A stretch of DNA of 64,000 nucleotides from Chamaesiphon sp. (GTDB lineage: Bacteria; Cyanobacteriota; Cyanobacteriia; Cyanobacteriales; Chamaesiphonaceae). Positions 10,243 to 19,345 of the stretch are shown here, piece by piece (the first letter of the stretch is position 1; each line of letters begins with the position of its first letter). The position numbers were made by a program, and so were the translations under genes. The stretch lies in the NCBI GenBank assembly GCA_965246715.1, contig CBDFFH010000015.1, forward strand, positions 192,001 through 256,000, read 5' to 3'. The notes beneath the pieces were generated by a model, which saw nothing but the letters and a program-made list of their open reading frames with translations, ran no database searches and was not told where the DNA came from.

Positions 10243-10617
10243 TTATCTCAGTGCTTCGCGCAGACGTAACAGGATGCCCGTCTGACAGAGATTGAGCGGT
10301 AAGAGCGAGATGCCTTCCAATCGGGATTGTACCCAACCTTCACCCCAACACCATTCATGATAGCCATCGATGCCTTGACTCAAGAGCAATCGTAACAGTT
10401 GGGGACTAACACGATCGACTTGCAGTTCGAGCTTTATCGGCCCCAACGCCGCCTGAAATTTAGTACCGACCGTTAGGATGTCTTTATTGGGAAAACTCAC
10501 TTGTTGAGGAAAAAGCCACTCGGTCAGCGCTGGAGGCGATAATAATCGATCGCGAATTGTTGCAGCCGAAGCTGGGACTTCAATTCGTAACTCACTGCGT
10601 TGAAAATTACCGAACAT
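10243..10617 (-). CDS. Conserved cyanobacterial hypothetical protein, SRPBCC-like
   Basis: ORF with GIDGYHEWCWGEGWVQSRLEGISLLPL. Confidence 0.7.
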   Translation of the reverse strand: MFGNFQRSELRIEVPASAATIRDRLLSPPALTEWLFPQQVSFPNKDILTVGTKFQAALGPIKLELQVDRVSPQLLRLLLSQGIDGYHEWCWGEGWVQSRLEGISLLPLNLCQTGILLRLREALR

Positions 10618-10783
10618 GATGGGGTAACGCCTTGGGGTGGATCCTTCTCATCATAACAATCCTCAGCGATTAAATTGGAGTTTTCAGGAATTCTGTGCGT
10701 GGCGATTGTAGTAATGGGTAACGATAACTCAACCATTAACCAATCGCGCAACCGCACCGCTCCCGGTTGCTACTCAACTAAAT

Positions 10784-11080
10784 ATGAAATTTTTAAACTT
10801 ACTCCCAATCGCGGCTGTAGCCACCATCGGTCTTTCTTTACCCGCTCGTGCTAACGAAGCCACTATTAACGATACCGTTCAGAACGTTATCATCACTGGT
10901 AGTAACAACTCAGTCAATCAAAGTAATAATTCCACTATCAACAATAATAGTCGGCGAAATGGCGACAATAGCGCTACGGTCGTCCGCACTCGCCAAAATG
11001 CTGATGTCTTCGGCGATGGTAATACTGTCAATCAATTCAATCAAACTCGTGTCGGTCAGTCGAAATATCGGAATCGTTAG
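10784..11080 (+). CDS. Small secreted Asn/Gln/Thr-rich protein
   Basis: Signal peptide ending PARA; repeated GxxNxVxQxN units. Confidence 0.7.
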   Translation: MKFLNLLPIAAVATIGLSLPARANEATINDTVQNVIITGSNNSVNQSNNSTINNNSRRNGDNSATVVRTRQNADVFGDGNTVNQFNQTRVGQSKYRNR

Positions 11081-11189
11081 AATTTATCAATGTAGAGCAG
11101 CGCGATTCTCAGTCATCGCGCTAAAGATCTCATCGATTCGCCATTGCCAGCTCAGTTCGCATCCACCCCTTACTCGTGAGCTAATTGAT

Positions 11190-11750
11190 ATGTCTAAACG
11201 CCAGTTTGGTCTCACTGCGATCGCAATTTTATTGCTATCGCCTACTTTAGTTAGTGCTAACGAACCGCTCGACGCTACACATTTAACCGTCGCGAAAATT
11301 CAGATCGATACAAATAATAATCGGACGAGCATTAACACTCCGAATATTCAAATCGATACTCCGACAACTACCGACAGTCGGCTGCTGAGTCGCGGCCAGC
11401 GTTCGCGCACACTAGTCCGCAAGCGCATTCCAGCAGTCGTTCGCCCACGCATCGATCTCGACGATGACAACGAGCCGATCGTCATTATCTTCCCATCGCA
11501 AAGCACCCCGACGATCCCAAACGTGCCCAAAGTGCCCTCAGTACCCTCAGTCCAGACCTCGACAATTCGCACGACCCCAACCGTGCGGAGTTCTATCATT
11601 CGGACTACCAGCGATGATAATGATTCGTTATCTGTAACCGAGCAACGCCAGTCAGTACAATGCAGTGGTGGTAGTACGGTCAGTCAATCGTCATCGAGTA
11701 CGATTAACGGACGCACGGTTAAATCAGAAAATCGTTATAAGTGCTACTAG
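11190..11750 (+). CDS. Secreted low-complexity hypothetical protein
   Basis: Probable start MSKRQFGLTAIAILLL at 11190 within ORF 10848-11750. Confidence 0.6.
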   Translation: MSKRQFGLTAIAILLLSPTLVSANEPLDATHLTVAKIQIDTNNNRTSINTPNIQIDTPTTTDSRLLSRGQRSRTLVRKRIPAVVRPRIDLDDDNEPIVIIFPSQSTPTIPNVPKVPSVPSVQTSTIRTTPTVRSSIIRTTSDDNDSLSVTEQRQSVQCSGGSTVSQSSSSTINGRTVKSENRYKCY

Positions 11751-11864
11751 ATCTCGATTCAGGCGATCGACTTTTTCGCTAGCTTTACGATGAGCGCTAG
11801 GTGCCTGGATTATTTAGTAACTCGCAACTATTTGCCCCGATGACGCGGTAGCCGAACTGAATCG

Positions 11865-12335
11865 TTAATCTCTTACATTGCAGCGAATTTCGACAATAAA
11901 GCCGTCAGGATCGTATCAATACACGCCGCGACCTGTCGATCGAGTGACTGGTTCGCCATCGATCTCCACCCCATTGGCCCGCAATACCTCCACCGCCAAG
12001 TCAAACAAATCTGGTGCGATATCGAATGCCATGTGATTGGCGCGTGTAAATTGCAGCGTTGGATCGGCTGCTGGTGGCGTTAAATCTGGCTCGGCAAATA
12101 AATCTATTACCGTCCCGTCGGGAGTCCGAAAATTGGCAACTTTTCCTCGATCGACTAGTTCGGTGAGGCTGGAAGGTATTTCATTTCCACTCAACTCGTG
12201 TAATCCCAAAATCGTCCCGTAAAAGTGGCGAGAAGCTGACATATTTGCGACATTGAGGGCAATATGATGCACTCGACGCAGCGCGCCAGTTGGGAGCGAT
12301 CGAGTGGAGATAGACTGATTTGTAGCGAATGTCAT
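11865..12335 (-). pseudogene. VOC/glyoxalase family protein with premature stop
   Basis: HHIALNV, NHMAFDI, then GRGVY*YDPDGFIVEIRC; TGA at 11916-11918 falls inside the conserved YFxDPDG motif. Confidence 0.75.
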
Positions 12336-12493
12336 TCGATTTTGGATGGTGGATTGCCTCAGCCTTGAAATGACGGAAGCTCTAAAAACGGAAAAACTTA
12401 TTCTTCTTTAAATATAACTTGTAACTTTAAATATTTTATGTTACTACCGCGCTACCCTCGGTTTTCTCTATAGAACCCATTTGAGATCTTCTA

Positions 12494-12563
12494 GTGGGTA
12501 GGGTGGGTTCGTTCACGATCGATCGGTAAGAGCGATATCAGCTAGCATAAACCTACCCCTACA
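12494..12563. repeat. REP-like element
   Basis: GTAGGGTGGGTT...AAACCTACCCCTACA. Confidence 0.6.
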
Positions 12564-12621
12564 GATCTATAACTAACGTATTACGTATTTTACAGATCGA
12601 CCGTAGATACTGTCTTGAATG

Positions 12622-13593
12622 TCAAGGGGTGGCGAGCGAATAATTAGGGTCAAAGGGCTGTTGAGACTTTAAAATGCCAAAAGCCAAATGGACTAATTTA
12701 CGCATGATGGCACCAATCGCCTGCATTTTAGCCTTGCCACGATCGAGTAATCGTTCGCTGAAAGTTTTGAGCAGAGGATTATGACGCATCGAGACTACCG
12801 CAGGCATATAAAGAGCTTTGCGGAGTCGAGAATTACCAGTACAAGACAACCGAGTTTTGCCATGAACGCTGGTGCCACTAGAGCGCTCAGATGGAGTTAA
12901 ACCCGCATGGGCAGCTAATTGACGAGCATTCTGGTAATCTTCGATCCGACCGATTTCTGCCAACAAGACAGCCGCAGTCTGTGCGCCAATTCCAGGAATT
13001 GAGACCAACAGATCTCGCTGTTGTTTTAACTCTGGATGTTTGTCGAAATGGTCGCTAATTAATTGTTTAATTAGGGCTTGCTGTTCCTGGAGATAGGTCA
13101 GATGAGATTGAGTGAGTTCAGCTACTTTGGTGGTGGCTGTTTCCAAGCGATTGTGTTCGGCTGTGACCATTTCCTGAAGAGAATCTAATCGCCGGACCAG
13201 GGCTTGTAGTTCTTTGATTTCAGGGGCTGTTGGTTTCCACAGTTCTGGTTTAATTGCTGCACAAAAACGGGCAATCAATGCTGCATCAACTGAATCAGTT
13301 TTCGTCCGTAATAGTTCGCCCTTGGCAAACCCTTGAATTCGGGCTGGATTGACGACACTAACGGCAAAGCTGGCTGAGTAGAGGAATTCGGCTAAAGCGT
13401 CTCCATAGATGCTGGTCGCTTCCAGACAGGCGTGCATTTGGTCGATCCCTTTTTGTTTGAGCCACTGCTGCAAACTCTCAAACCCTTGCAGATCGTTGGT
13501 GAATTTTTTGGATTTTGTTCTCGTCTCTCCCATGATTAGTACTACATGAAAGTCTTTTTTGCTGATGTCTATCCCTAAAAAATTAACTGTCAT
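12622..13593 (-). CDS. IS110 DEDD recombinase/transposase
   Basis: LGIDISK, CLEATS, KTDSVDA (DEDD), IPGIG, SSGTSV (catalytic Ser loop), GNSRLRKALY. Confidence 0.95.
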   Translation of the reverse strand: MTVNFLGIDISKKDFHVVLIMGETRTKSKKFTNDLQGFESLQQWLKQKGIDQMHACLEATSIYGDALAEFLYSASFAVSVVNPARIQGFAKGELLRTKTDSVDAALIARFCAAIKPELWKPTAPEIKELQALVRRLDSLQEMVTAEHNRLETATTKVAELTQSHLTYLQEQQALIKQLISDHFDKHPELKQQRDLLVSIPGIGAQTAAVLLAEIGRIEDYQNARQLAAHAGLTPSERSSGTSVHGKTRLSCTGNSRLRKALYMPAVVSMRHNPLLKTFSERLLDRGKAKMQAIGAIMRKLVHLAFGILKSQQPFDPNYSLATP

Positions 13594-13624
13594 TAACTGC
13601 TTACTCCACTCCTAACTATGCTCA

Positions 13625-13800
13625 AAGAACTTGACAGACTGTTTAACTAACCTTGTGATTGCAGGCTTTTCGGTAAATCGATTGCCTAAGATACTGTCCA
13701 GCTTTAGGTGTGTCTGTCATCAGTTGTGGGAGCTTATCTACGCAGCAGACTAACAATGTTGTCTAAGGGGCGGGCCAGCTTCACCGATTACTGATGTCCT
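13625..13800 (-). ncRNA. Predicted bridge RNA of IS110 copy 1 (boundaries approximate)
   Basis: Target guides CCCGCCCCT (13774-13766) and CGTAG (13742-13738); donor guides ACAGTATCT (13697-13689) and ACAAG (13656-13652); each pair lies within stem-loops. Confidence 0.85.
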
Positions 13801-14124
13801 CACTCTCACTTTCTCGCATCTGGCGATCGCGCTCTGAAACTGTTATGGTTTCTTTACGCCGATCGATTTATTCCTCTGACTCACTTGGTTTGTGTCGATC
13901 TCTTTGAACTACGTTTGTTCTAAGCATTGTCTATATCGATCGATTACCTACCTCTCTTTAAGATACAAGGGGCGGGTTTATGCTAGAAATTTCCGCCAAA
14001 CATGACCAAATCAGAACAAACCCGCCCATCTTCACCAATATGTTAATTTTGGAGCGTGGCTGAATTAAGGTATGAAAACATTGGTAGGGGCAATTCATGA
14101 ATTGCCCCTTGGATCCTAAAGGAA

Positions 14125-14320
14125 GGTCAAAGAGTAAAATCGTAAGACCGAGCATCAACAGCAAAAGGGAAAGGGAAATTCGGATTGCCCCTAGGGACAC
14201 CAAGCCCGTTAAGTAGATCGAATTACCTTAACCTAAACAGTGGAACCAGTCAAAGCTGGACAGTATCAGAGGTCGTCCCAAACGGGTAAACCTGCATTTA
14301 CAAGGATAGTTTATCGCCAC
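14125..14320 (+). ncRNA. Predicted bridge RNA of IS110 copy 2 (boundaries approximate)
   Basis: Target guides ATTGCCCCT (14184-14192) and GTAG (14213-14216); donor guides ACAGTATCA (14260-14268) and TACAAG (14299-14304). Confidence 0.85.
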
Positions 14321-14362
14321 TAATTGCTGTTGAAGCAGTCCATTAGCAGATAGGAACTGGCA

Positions 14363-15355
14363 ATGAGTAATTCAAACGAAGAGTTAGACATACTCGGTAT
14401 CGACATCAGCAAAGCCAAATTTGACGTAGCCTTACTCAAAAACAACGGCAAAGACAAAATCAAAAGCAAGGTATTTGCGAATACCCCAGAAGGGTTTGAG
14501 CAATTACAGGAGTGGCTAAACAGCCAAGGAATAACCAAACTACATGGCTGCATGGAAGCAACTAGCATTTACGGAAATGCCCTAGCCAGATTTCTAGTTG
14601 CAGCAGGATACATCGTAAGTATCGTTAATCCATCCCGTCCAAAAGCATTTGGACGAAGTGAATTAAGTCGGACGAAAACCGATCGTGCGGATGCAAAAGT
14701 GATTGCCAGATTTGGCGCGGCATTACGCCCAGCACCCTGGACTCCTCCAGCGATCGAAGTCGAACAACTTCAAGCTTTGGTTCATCGCTGGGATAGTTTG
14801 ACTGCCATGCAGCAACAAGAGCAGAATCGACTCGAAACGGTTGACCCAATTTTAGTCGAGGCGATCGCCGCACATATTGACTTCCTCAAGCAACAAGTTG
14901 CTGCGACTCAACAACTGATTCGCGACCATTTCGATCGATTCCCCACTCTTAAAGCTCAACGAGATTTACTGATTTCGATGCCAGGTATTGCCGCCGCTAC
15001 TGCAACGGTAATACTAGCCGAAATTCGCGATGTGGCTACCTTTGACAGTGCCGACCAGCTTGCTGCTTTTGCGGGTTTGACCCCGCATGAGTTTTCTTCT
15101 GGTTCCTCTGTTCATGGCAAACCCCGTTTGTCTAAGATCGGTAACGCTCGTTTGAGAAAGGCTCTCTATCTGCCTGCGATTGTTGCTCGTCGCGATCATC
15201 CCTTGATTCAGGTTTTTTGCGACCGTCTGTTGGCTAAAGGTAAGTCGAAAATGGCGATGATTGGTGCTGCTATGCACAAACTTCTGCGCCAGGTCTTTGG
15301 TGTGCTGAAATCTCAACAACCTTTTGACCCGAATTTTCTTTCTCTTCTCTCTTGA
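14363..15355 (+). CDS. IS110 DEDD recombinase/transposase
   Basis: LGIDISK, CMEATS, KTDRADA, SSGSSV, GNARLRKALY. Confidence 0.95.
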   Translation: MSNSNEELDILGIDISKAKFDVALLKNNGKDKIKSKVFANTPEGFEQLQEWLNSQGITKLHGCMEATSIYGNALARFLVAAGYIVSIVNPSRPKAFGRSELSRTKTDRADAKVIARFGAALRPAPWTPPAIEVEQLQALVHRWDSLTAMQQQEQNRLETVDPILVEAIAAHIDFLKQQVAATQQLIRDHFDRFPTLKAQRDLLISMPGIAAATATVILAEIRDVATFDSADQLAAFAGLTPHEFSSGSSVHGKPRLSKIGNARLRKALYLPAIVARRDHPLIQVFCDRLLAKGKSKMAMIGAAMHKLLRQVFGVLKSQQPFDPNFLSLLS

Positions 15356-15412
15356 CTCTCAAGACAGTATCTACCAATGTTTGTGCGTTTCATACATTAA
15401 TTCAGCAACGCC

Positions 15413-16059
15413 AGAAATTGCTCACCGCACCACTTGCCCGCAAACTAGTTCGCCAACTGCGACGTGCTGGCGTACCAACACTCAACCTTACCCCCGAAAA
15501 GTTTCGACAAATTTCAGCTACCGAGCGCGCTTCTGGCATTGCAGCGATCGTCAAACAACGCTGGTCGAAATTAGCTGCAATCTCACCCCGCGATGGGTTG
15601 TGTTGGACAGCGCTAGAATCCGTGCGATCGGCAGGCAATCTCGGCACTCTGATTCGCACTTCCGAAGCTGTTGGTGGGGAGGGTTTTATCCTGATTGGTA
15701 AGCACATCGATCCGTTCGATCCCGATGTGATTCGTGCATCGATGAGCGGGATTTTTTGCCAGCATTTCGTGCGTACCAGTTTACCGCTACTGGCCGAATG
15801 GCTGCAACGGCATGATTGCCAATCGATCGGGGCTTCGCCAGATGGGATGACAGATTTGCACCAGTTCGATTATGCTCGCTCTACGTTGCTGTTCCTGGGT
15901 GCAGAGCGGCAAGGGTTGACTCCACCGCAGCGAGAATTATGCCATCATTTGGTCAAAATTCCGATGGTTGGCGAAGCTGATTCGCTCAATCTGGGGGTCG
16001 CTGGGAGTTTATTCTTGTATGAGATTAAGCGATCTGTCGATCGACATGCTTCAGGTTAA
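15413..16059 (+). pseudogene. TrmH/SpoU RNA methyltransferase, 5'-truncated by the MITE
   Basis: SAGNLGTLIRT, FLGAERQGL, KIPMVGEADSLNLGVA; the N-terminus of ORF 15352-16059 derives from IS/MITE sequence. Confidence 0.75.
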
Positions 16060-16231
16060 CTTTGGCAGAGACGTTCTCCAGGAACGTCTCTGCTAGGGTG
16101 GGGCAATTTGGCACGAGCGAGATTTGCCTTAACCAGAGAAAATATCGAACGTTTGTACTATAATCATAGAGTGATGGTTGTTACTCCACTGAGGATATAA
16201 CAGAGTCAGATCGATCTATTGACATAACTAC

Positions 16232-16608
16232 ATGACGAAAGTTACTAACGGAGCATTGGCGGAACCTCTCGATCGAATCGAGAAAATCTTGACTGAGTTA
16301 AAGCAAGTCTACCCCAATGCAACCTATGAATTGGACTGGGAGACACCACTGTGATTCTCAACTGTGCGTTTAATATGCCCTCTGGTGTCATTGTCGATAC
16401 CCATGTCTTCCGTGTCAGTCAACGGATCGGATTGTCCGCACAGAAGAATCCTGACAAGACGGAGCAAGATTTAATGAAAATCGTTCCGCAGGATGAATGG
16501 GTGTTTTTTGGCCCGGCAATGGTGTTACACGGTCGGTATACTTGTACCGCTAAGAATCCAAACTGCGTCGCGTGCGTGTTGGAAAGTGTGTGTGAGAAGA
16601 AAATTTGA
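16232..16608 (+). pseudogene. nth: Endonuclease III, internally deleted
   Basis: MTKV...YPNATYELDWETPL* joined out of frame to VIVDTHVFRV...HGRYTCTAKNPNCVACVLESVC; central HhH region absent. Confidence 0.8.
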
Positions 16609-16670
16609 CCTGTGACCCACCTGGGTATATTTCATGCTTTATTCAATCGAATCCAAAATCCATAATAAAT

Positions 16671-17351
16671 ATGCCGATCTCATCGCTTCATAGTTCTTGG
16701 CAATCAGTCCTCGCTCCAGAGTTTGAAAAACCCTATTTTCAAAAGTTGCAAGATTTCCTGGTCGCCGAAAGACAAACTGAAACTATTTTTCCGGTGGAAG
16801 CAGATATCTTCTCGGCATTTGAATTGACACCTTACGATCGAGTTAATGTCCTCATCTTGGGACAAGATCCTTACCATGATGACAACCAAGCACATGGCTT
16901 ATGTTTTTCGGTTAAGCCAGGGATTAAAACACCGCCATCATTGGTAAATATCTACAAAGAACTTCAGAGAGATATCGGATTTGATATTCCTAATAATGGT
17001 TATCTAATCCCTTGGGCAAAACAAGGAATGCTGATGTTAAATGCGGTATTAACCGTTCGCGCGCACACACCAAATTCTCACAAAAACCAAGGTTGGGAAA
17101 CTTTTACAGATGCGGTAATTAGCACTGTTAATAACAAACCAGATCCAGTAATCTTTCTGCTGTGGGGTGCTTATGCCCAGAAGAAGGTGAAATTAATCGA
17201 TACCAGCCGTCATACCGTTATTCAATCGGCTCATCCTTCGCCACTATCGGCCCGAAATGGCTTTTTTGGCAGTAAGCCGTTTTCCACGATTAATGCTACT
17301 TTGCAATCTTTTGGTAAACCAGCGATCGATTGGCAAATTCCAAATATTTAG
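16671..17351 (+). CDS. ung: Uracil-DNA glycosylase, family 1
   Basis: GQDPYH, AHGLCFSV, PPSL, LNAVLTV, HPSPLS. Confidence 0.95.
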   Translation: MPISSLHSSWQSVLAPEFEKPYFQKLQDFLVAERQTETIFPVEADIFSAFELTPYDRVNVLILGQDPYHDDNQAHGLCFSVKPGIKTPPSLVNIYKELQRDIGFDIPNNGYLIPWAKQGMLMLNAVLTVRAHTPNSHKNQGWETFTDAVISTVNNKPDPVIFLLWGAYAQKKVKLIDTSRHTVIQSAHPSPLSARNGFFGSKPFSTINATLQSFGKPAIDWQIPNI

Positions 17352-17585
17352 GTGCTCGTGCTCGCTCCTTGTTGCTTTGTTCGGTAAAGTGAACCTCGAT
17401 CGACCTGAGAACCGAACATGTAAATTAGTCGAGCTTTGTTATCTTAATATTATGTCGAATTGAGAGATCAGTGGACTCAATAAAGCTACTTCTTTCATTT
17501 CACACGATCGAGATTAATTGTCATCAACGAATGTCGATCGAATCTGACTGAATCGATACTATATTTAGATTTGAGGCTCACTAAT

Positions 17586-18014
17586 ATGACAATAGTTCGT
17601 TGGCAACCAATGCGCGAGATTACTACTATCCAACGGGAAATGGATCGATTATTTGCAGGCCTTGGCGACACTACTACAACTAGTTTCGTTCCAGCCGCAG
17701 AACTGAAAACCGATAACGACAACATCTACCTGCAACTAGAAGTTCCTGGTTTGACTCCTGAAGAAATTGATGTACAGGTAAGTGCAAACTCTGTTGCAAT
17801 TACTGGAGAACGTAAAGAGGAAACAACTACTGACGAGAATGGCACCAAGCGATCCGAATTCCATTATGGCAAGTTTCATCGCGTCATCGCTCTACCCAAA
17901 AAAATTCAGCAAGATGCCGTCCAAGCCAAATACGAAAACGGTGTTCTCAAACTCACCTTACCTAAATTAGAAGATGAGAAACCCAAAATCGTCAAAGTAG
18001 AAGTTGCTGCATAA
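17586..18014 (+). CDS. Hsp20/alpha-crystallin small heat-shock protein
   Basis: MTIVRWQP, SEFHYGKFHRVIALP, AKYENGVLKLTLPK. Confidence 0.93.
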   Translation: MTIVRWQPMREITTIQREMDRLFAGLGDTTTTSFVPAAELKTDNDNIYLQLEVPGLTPEEIDVQVSANSVAITGERKEETTTDENGTKRSEFHYGKFHRVIALPKKIQQDAVQAKYENGVLKLTLPKLEDEKPKIVKVEVAA

Positions 18015-18057
18015 CAACCAATCGGGCACGTAAAAATCTCCTCCAATAAATTCACTC

Positions 18058-18085
18058 GCCGACTTCGCCAGAGGTCGGTTTTTTA
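18058..18085 (+). terminator. Rho-independent terminator
   Basis: GCCGACTT-CGCCA-GAGGTCGGT followed by a T tract. Confidence 0.6.
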
Positions 18086-18178
18086 TGGGAGATCGATCGA
18101 CTCGCTAAGTCAGCCGCCAGTGATACAGTCCCATCCTCTATAATTAGAGGAAAGTTCAGCCATTAAAGTTCTTCGACG

Positions 18179-18997
18179 ATGACCCCAGAAGTAGACAGCG
18201 ATCTTCAGTCCACTACCGAACTGAGTACTGCACTATGGTCGCCAGATGACGACTCGACAATTACTAGTGAGGAACTAGACGAATTAGACGAACTCCCTGC
18301 AGAGCAGGAGATGTCTTTTTTCGACCATTTGGAGGAGTTACGCCAGCGGATATTTTACTCGGTAATTGCCGTCGCACTTGGCGCAGTGGGCTGTTTCGTC
18401 TATGCCAAACAAATCGTCCAAATTTTGGAAGTCCCAGCAACGGGGATTAAATTTCTGCAACTGGCTCCAGGGGAATACTTTTTTGTCTCGGTGAAAGTAG
18501 CTGGCTATTGTGGCTTGTTGGTCGCCAGTCCGATGATCCTTTATCAAATCATCCAGTTTGTGATTCCGGGATTGACTCGGCGCGAACGGCGGTTGGTGAT
18601 CCCTGTCGTGGCGGGTTCGTCGCTGTTATTTGTCGCGGGAATTGCGTTTGCTTATTATGCATTGATTCCAGCGGCGCTCGATTTTCTAATCGGTTATGGT
18701 GAAAGTGTCGTCGAACAGGCTTGGTCGATCGATCGATATTTTGAGTTCGTGTTAGTCTTATTATTCGCGACGGGCTTGCTATTTGAGTTACCGATCGTCC
18801 AAGTGATATTATCCCTATTGGGGATTCTGTCTTCTAAATTGATGTTGTCCGGCTGGAAGAGTGTCGTGGTAGGCTCGATGGTAGTAGGCGCGATCGTTAC
18901 TCCGTCTACAGATCCACTCACCCAAAGTTTACTCGCCGGTGCGGTTTTAGCGCTATATTTTGGTGGGATTGGAGTTGTGAAGTTGTTGGGTAAATAG
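18179..18997 (+). CDS. tatC: Twin-arginine translocase subunit TatC
   Basis: EMSFFDHLEELRQR, FELP, TPSTDP. Confidence 0.95.
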   Translation: MTPEVDSDLQSTTELSTALWSPDDDSTITSEELDELDELPAEQEMSFFDHLEELRQRIFYSVIAVALGAVGCFVYAKQIVQILEVPATGIKFLQLAPGEYFFVSVKVAGYCGLLVASPMILYQIIQFVIPGLTRRERRLVIPVVAGSSLLFVAGIAFAYYALIPAALDFLIGYGESVVEQAWSIDRYFEFVLVLLFATGLLFELPIVQVILSLLGILSSKLMLSGWKSVVVGSMVVGAIVTPSTDPLTQSLLAGAVLALYFGGIGVVKLLGK

Positions 18998-19021
18998 CTC
19001 GCCAACACAACGCAATCGCTT

Positions 19022-19337
19022 GAGTCTCACGATCTTCGAGTGACAAAAACACGCGATCGAATATTCTTAGTGAATGATAGTTTTGTAGGGTGGGCAATGC
19101 CCACGGTATCAACCACAAAGCTAACTAAAAAAATTTAAGCGGCTTTAAAACTCGATCGCCAGAACAAACATCTTGCTAATCTATATATACAAAAAAGATC
19201 GAGTCTCACGATCTTCGATCGCCAACAACACGCGATGAATATTTTTAGATATTACCCGTACATGGTAGGGCAGGCATCTGCCCACCCTACTTTGCTTAAT
19301 TCCCCTCCTGGGAGGGGTGCCCGATAGGGCGGGGTGG
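19022..19337. repeat. Imperfect direct repeat pair, each followed by a REP-like hairpin
   Basis: GAGTCTCACGATCTTCGA...AACACGCGAT.GAATATT at ~19022 and ~19201; TAGGGTGGGCAATGCCCAC and GTAGGGCAGGCATCTGCCCACCCTAC. Confidence 0.6.
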
Positions 19338-19345
19338 GTCTGGTC

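Larger units (their letters stand above)
12605..13969 (-). mobile_element. IS110 family element (IS621-like), copy 1
   Basis: Minus strand: left end CCCGCCC|CT-TGTAT (core 13968-13969), right end ACAGTAT-CT|ACGG (core 12605-12606); no TIRs; intact recombinase. Confidence 0.93.
14108..15372 (+). mobile_element. IS110 family element (IS621-like), copy 2
   Basis: Left end ATTGCCC|CT-TGGAT (core 14108-14109), right end ACAGTAT-CT|ACCAATG (core 15371-15372); removing it restores a perfect 44-bp palindrome. Confidence 0.93.
14051..15412. mobile_element. Second copy of the 1889-type MITE, split by IS110 copy 2
   Basis: 15378-15412 is the exact reverse complement of 1889-1923; degenerate left end GCGTGGCTGAATTAAGGTATGAAA; no TSD seen. 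Confidence 0.7.

Noticed and set aside
10848..11189. N-terminal part of the 300-aa ORF
   Set aside because: Overlaps the better 10784-11080 gene; the signal peptide begins at ATG 11190
12605..15372. Composite transposon or TIR/TSD-type insertion
   Set aside because: No terminal inverted repeats or TSD; each element has its own CT cores and target, and only 138 bp lies between them
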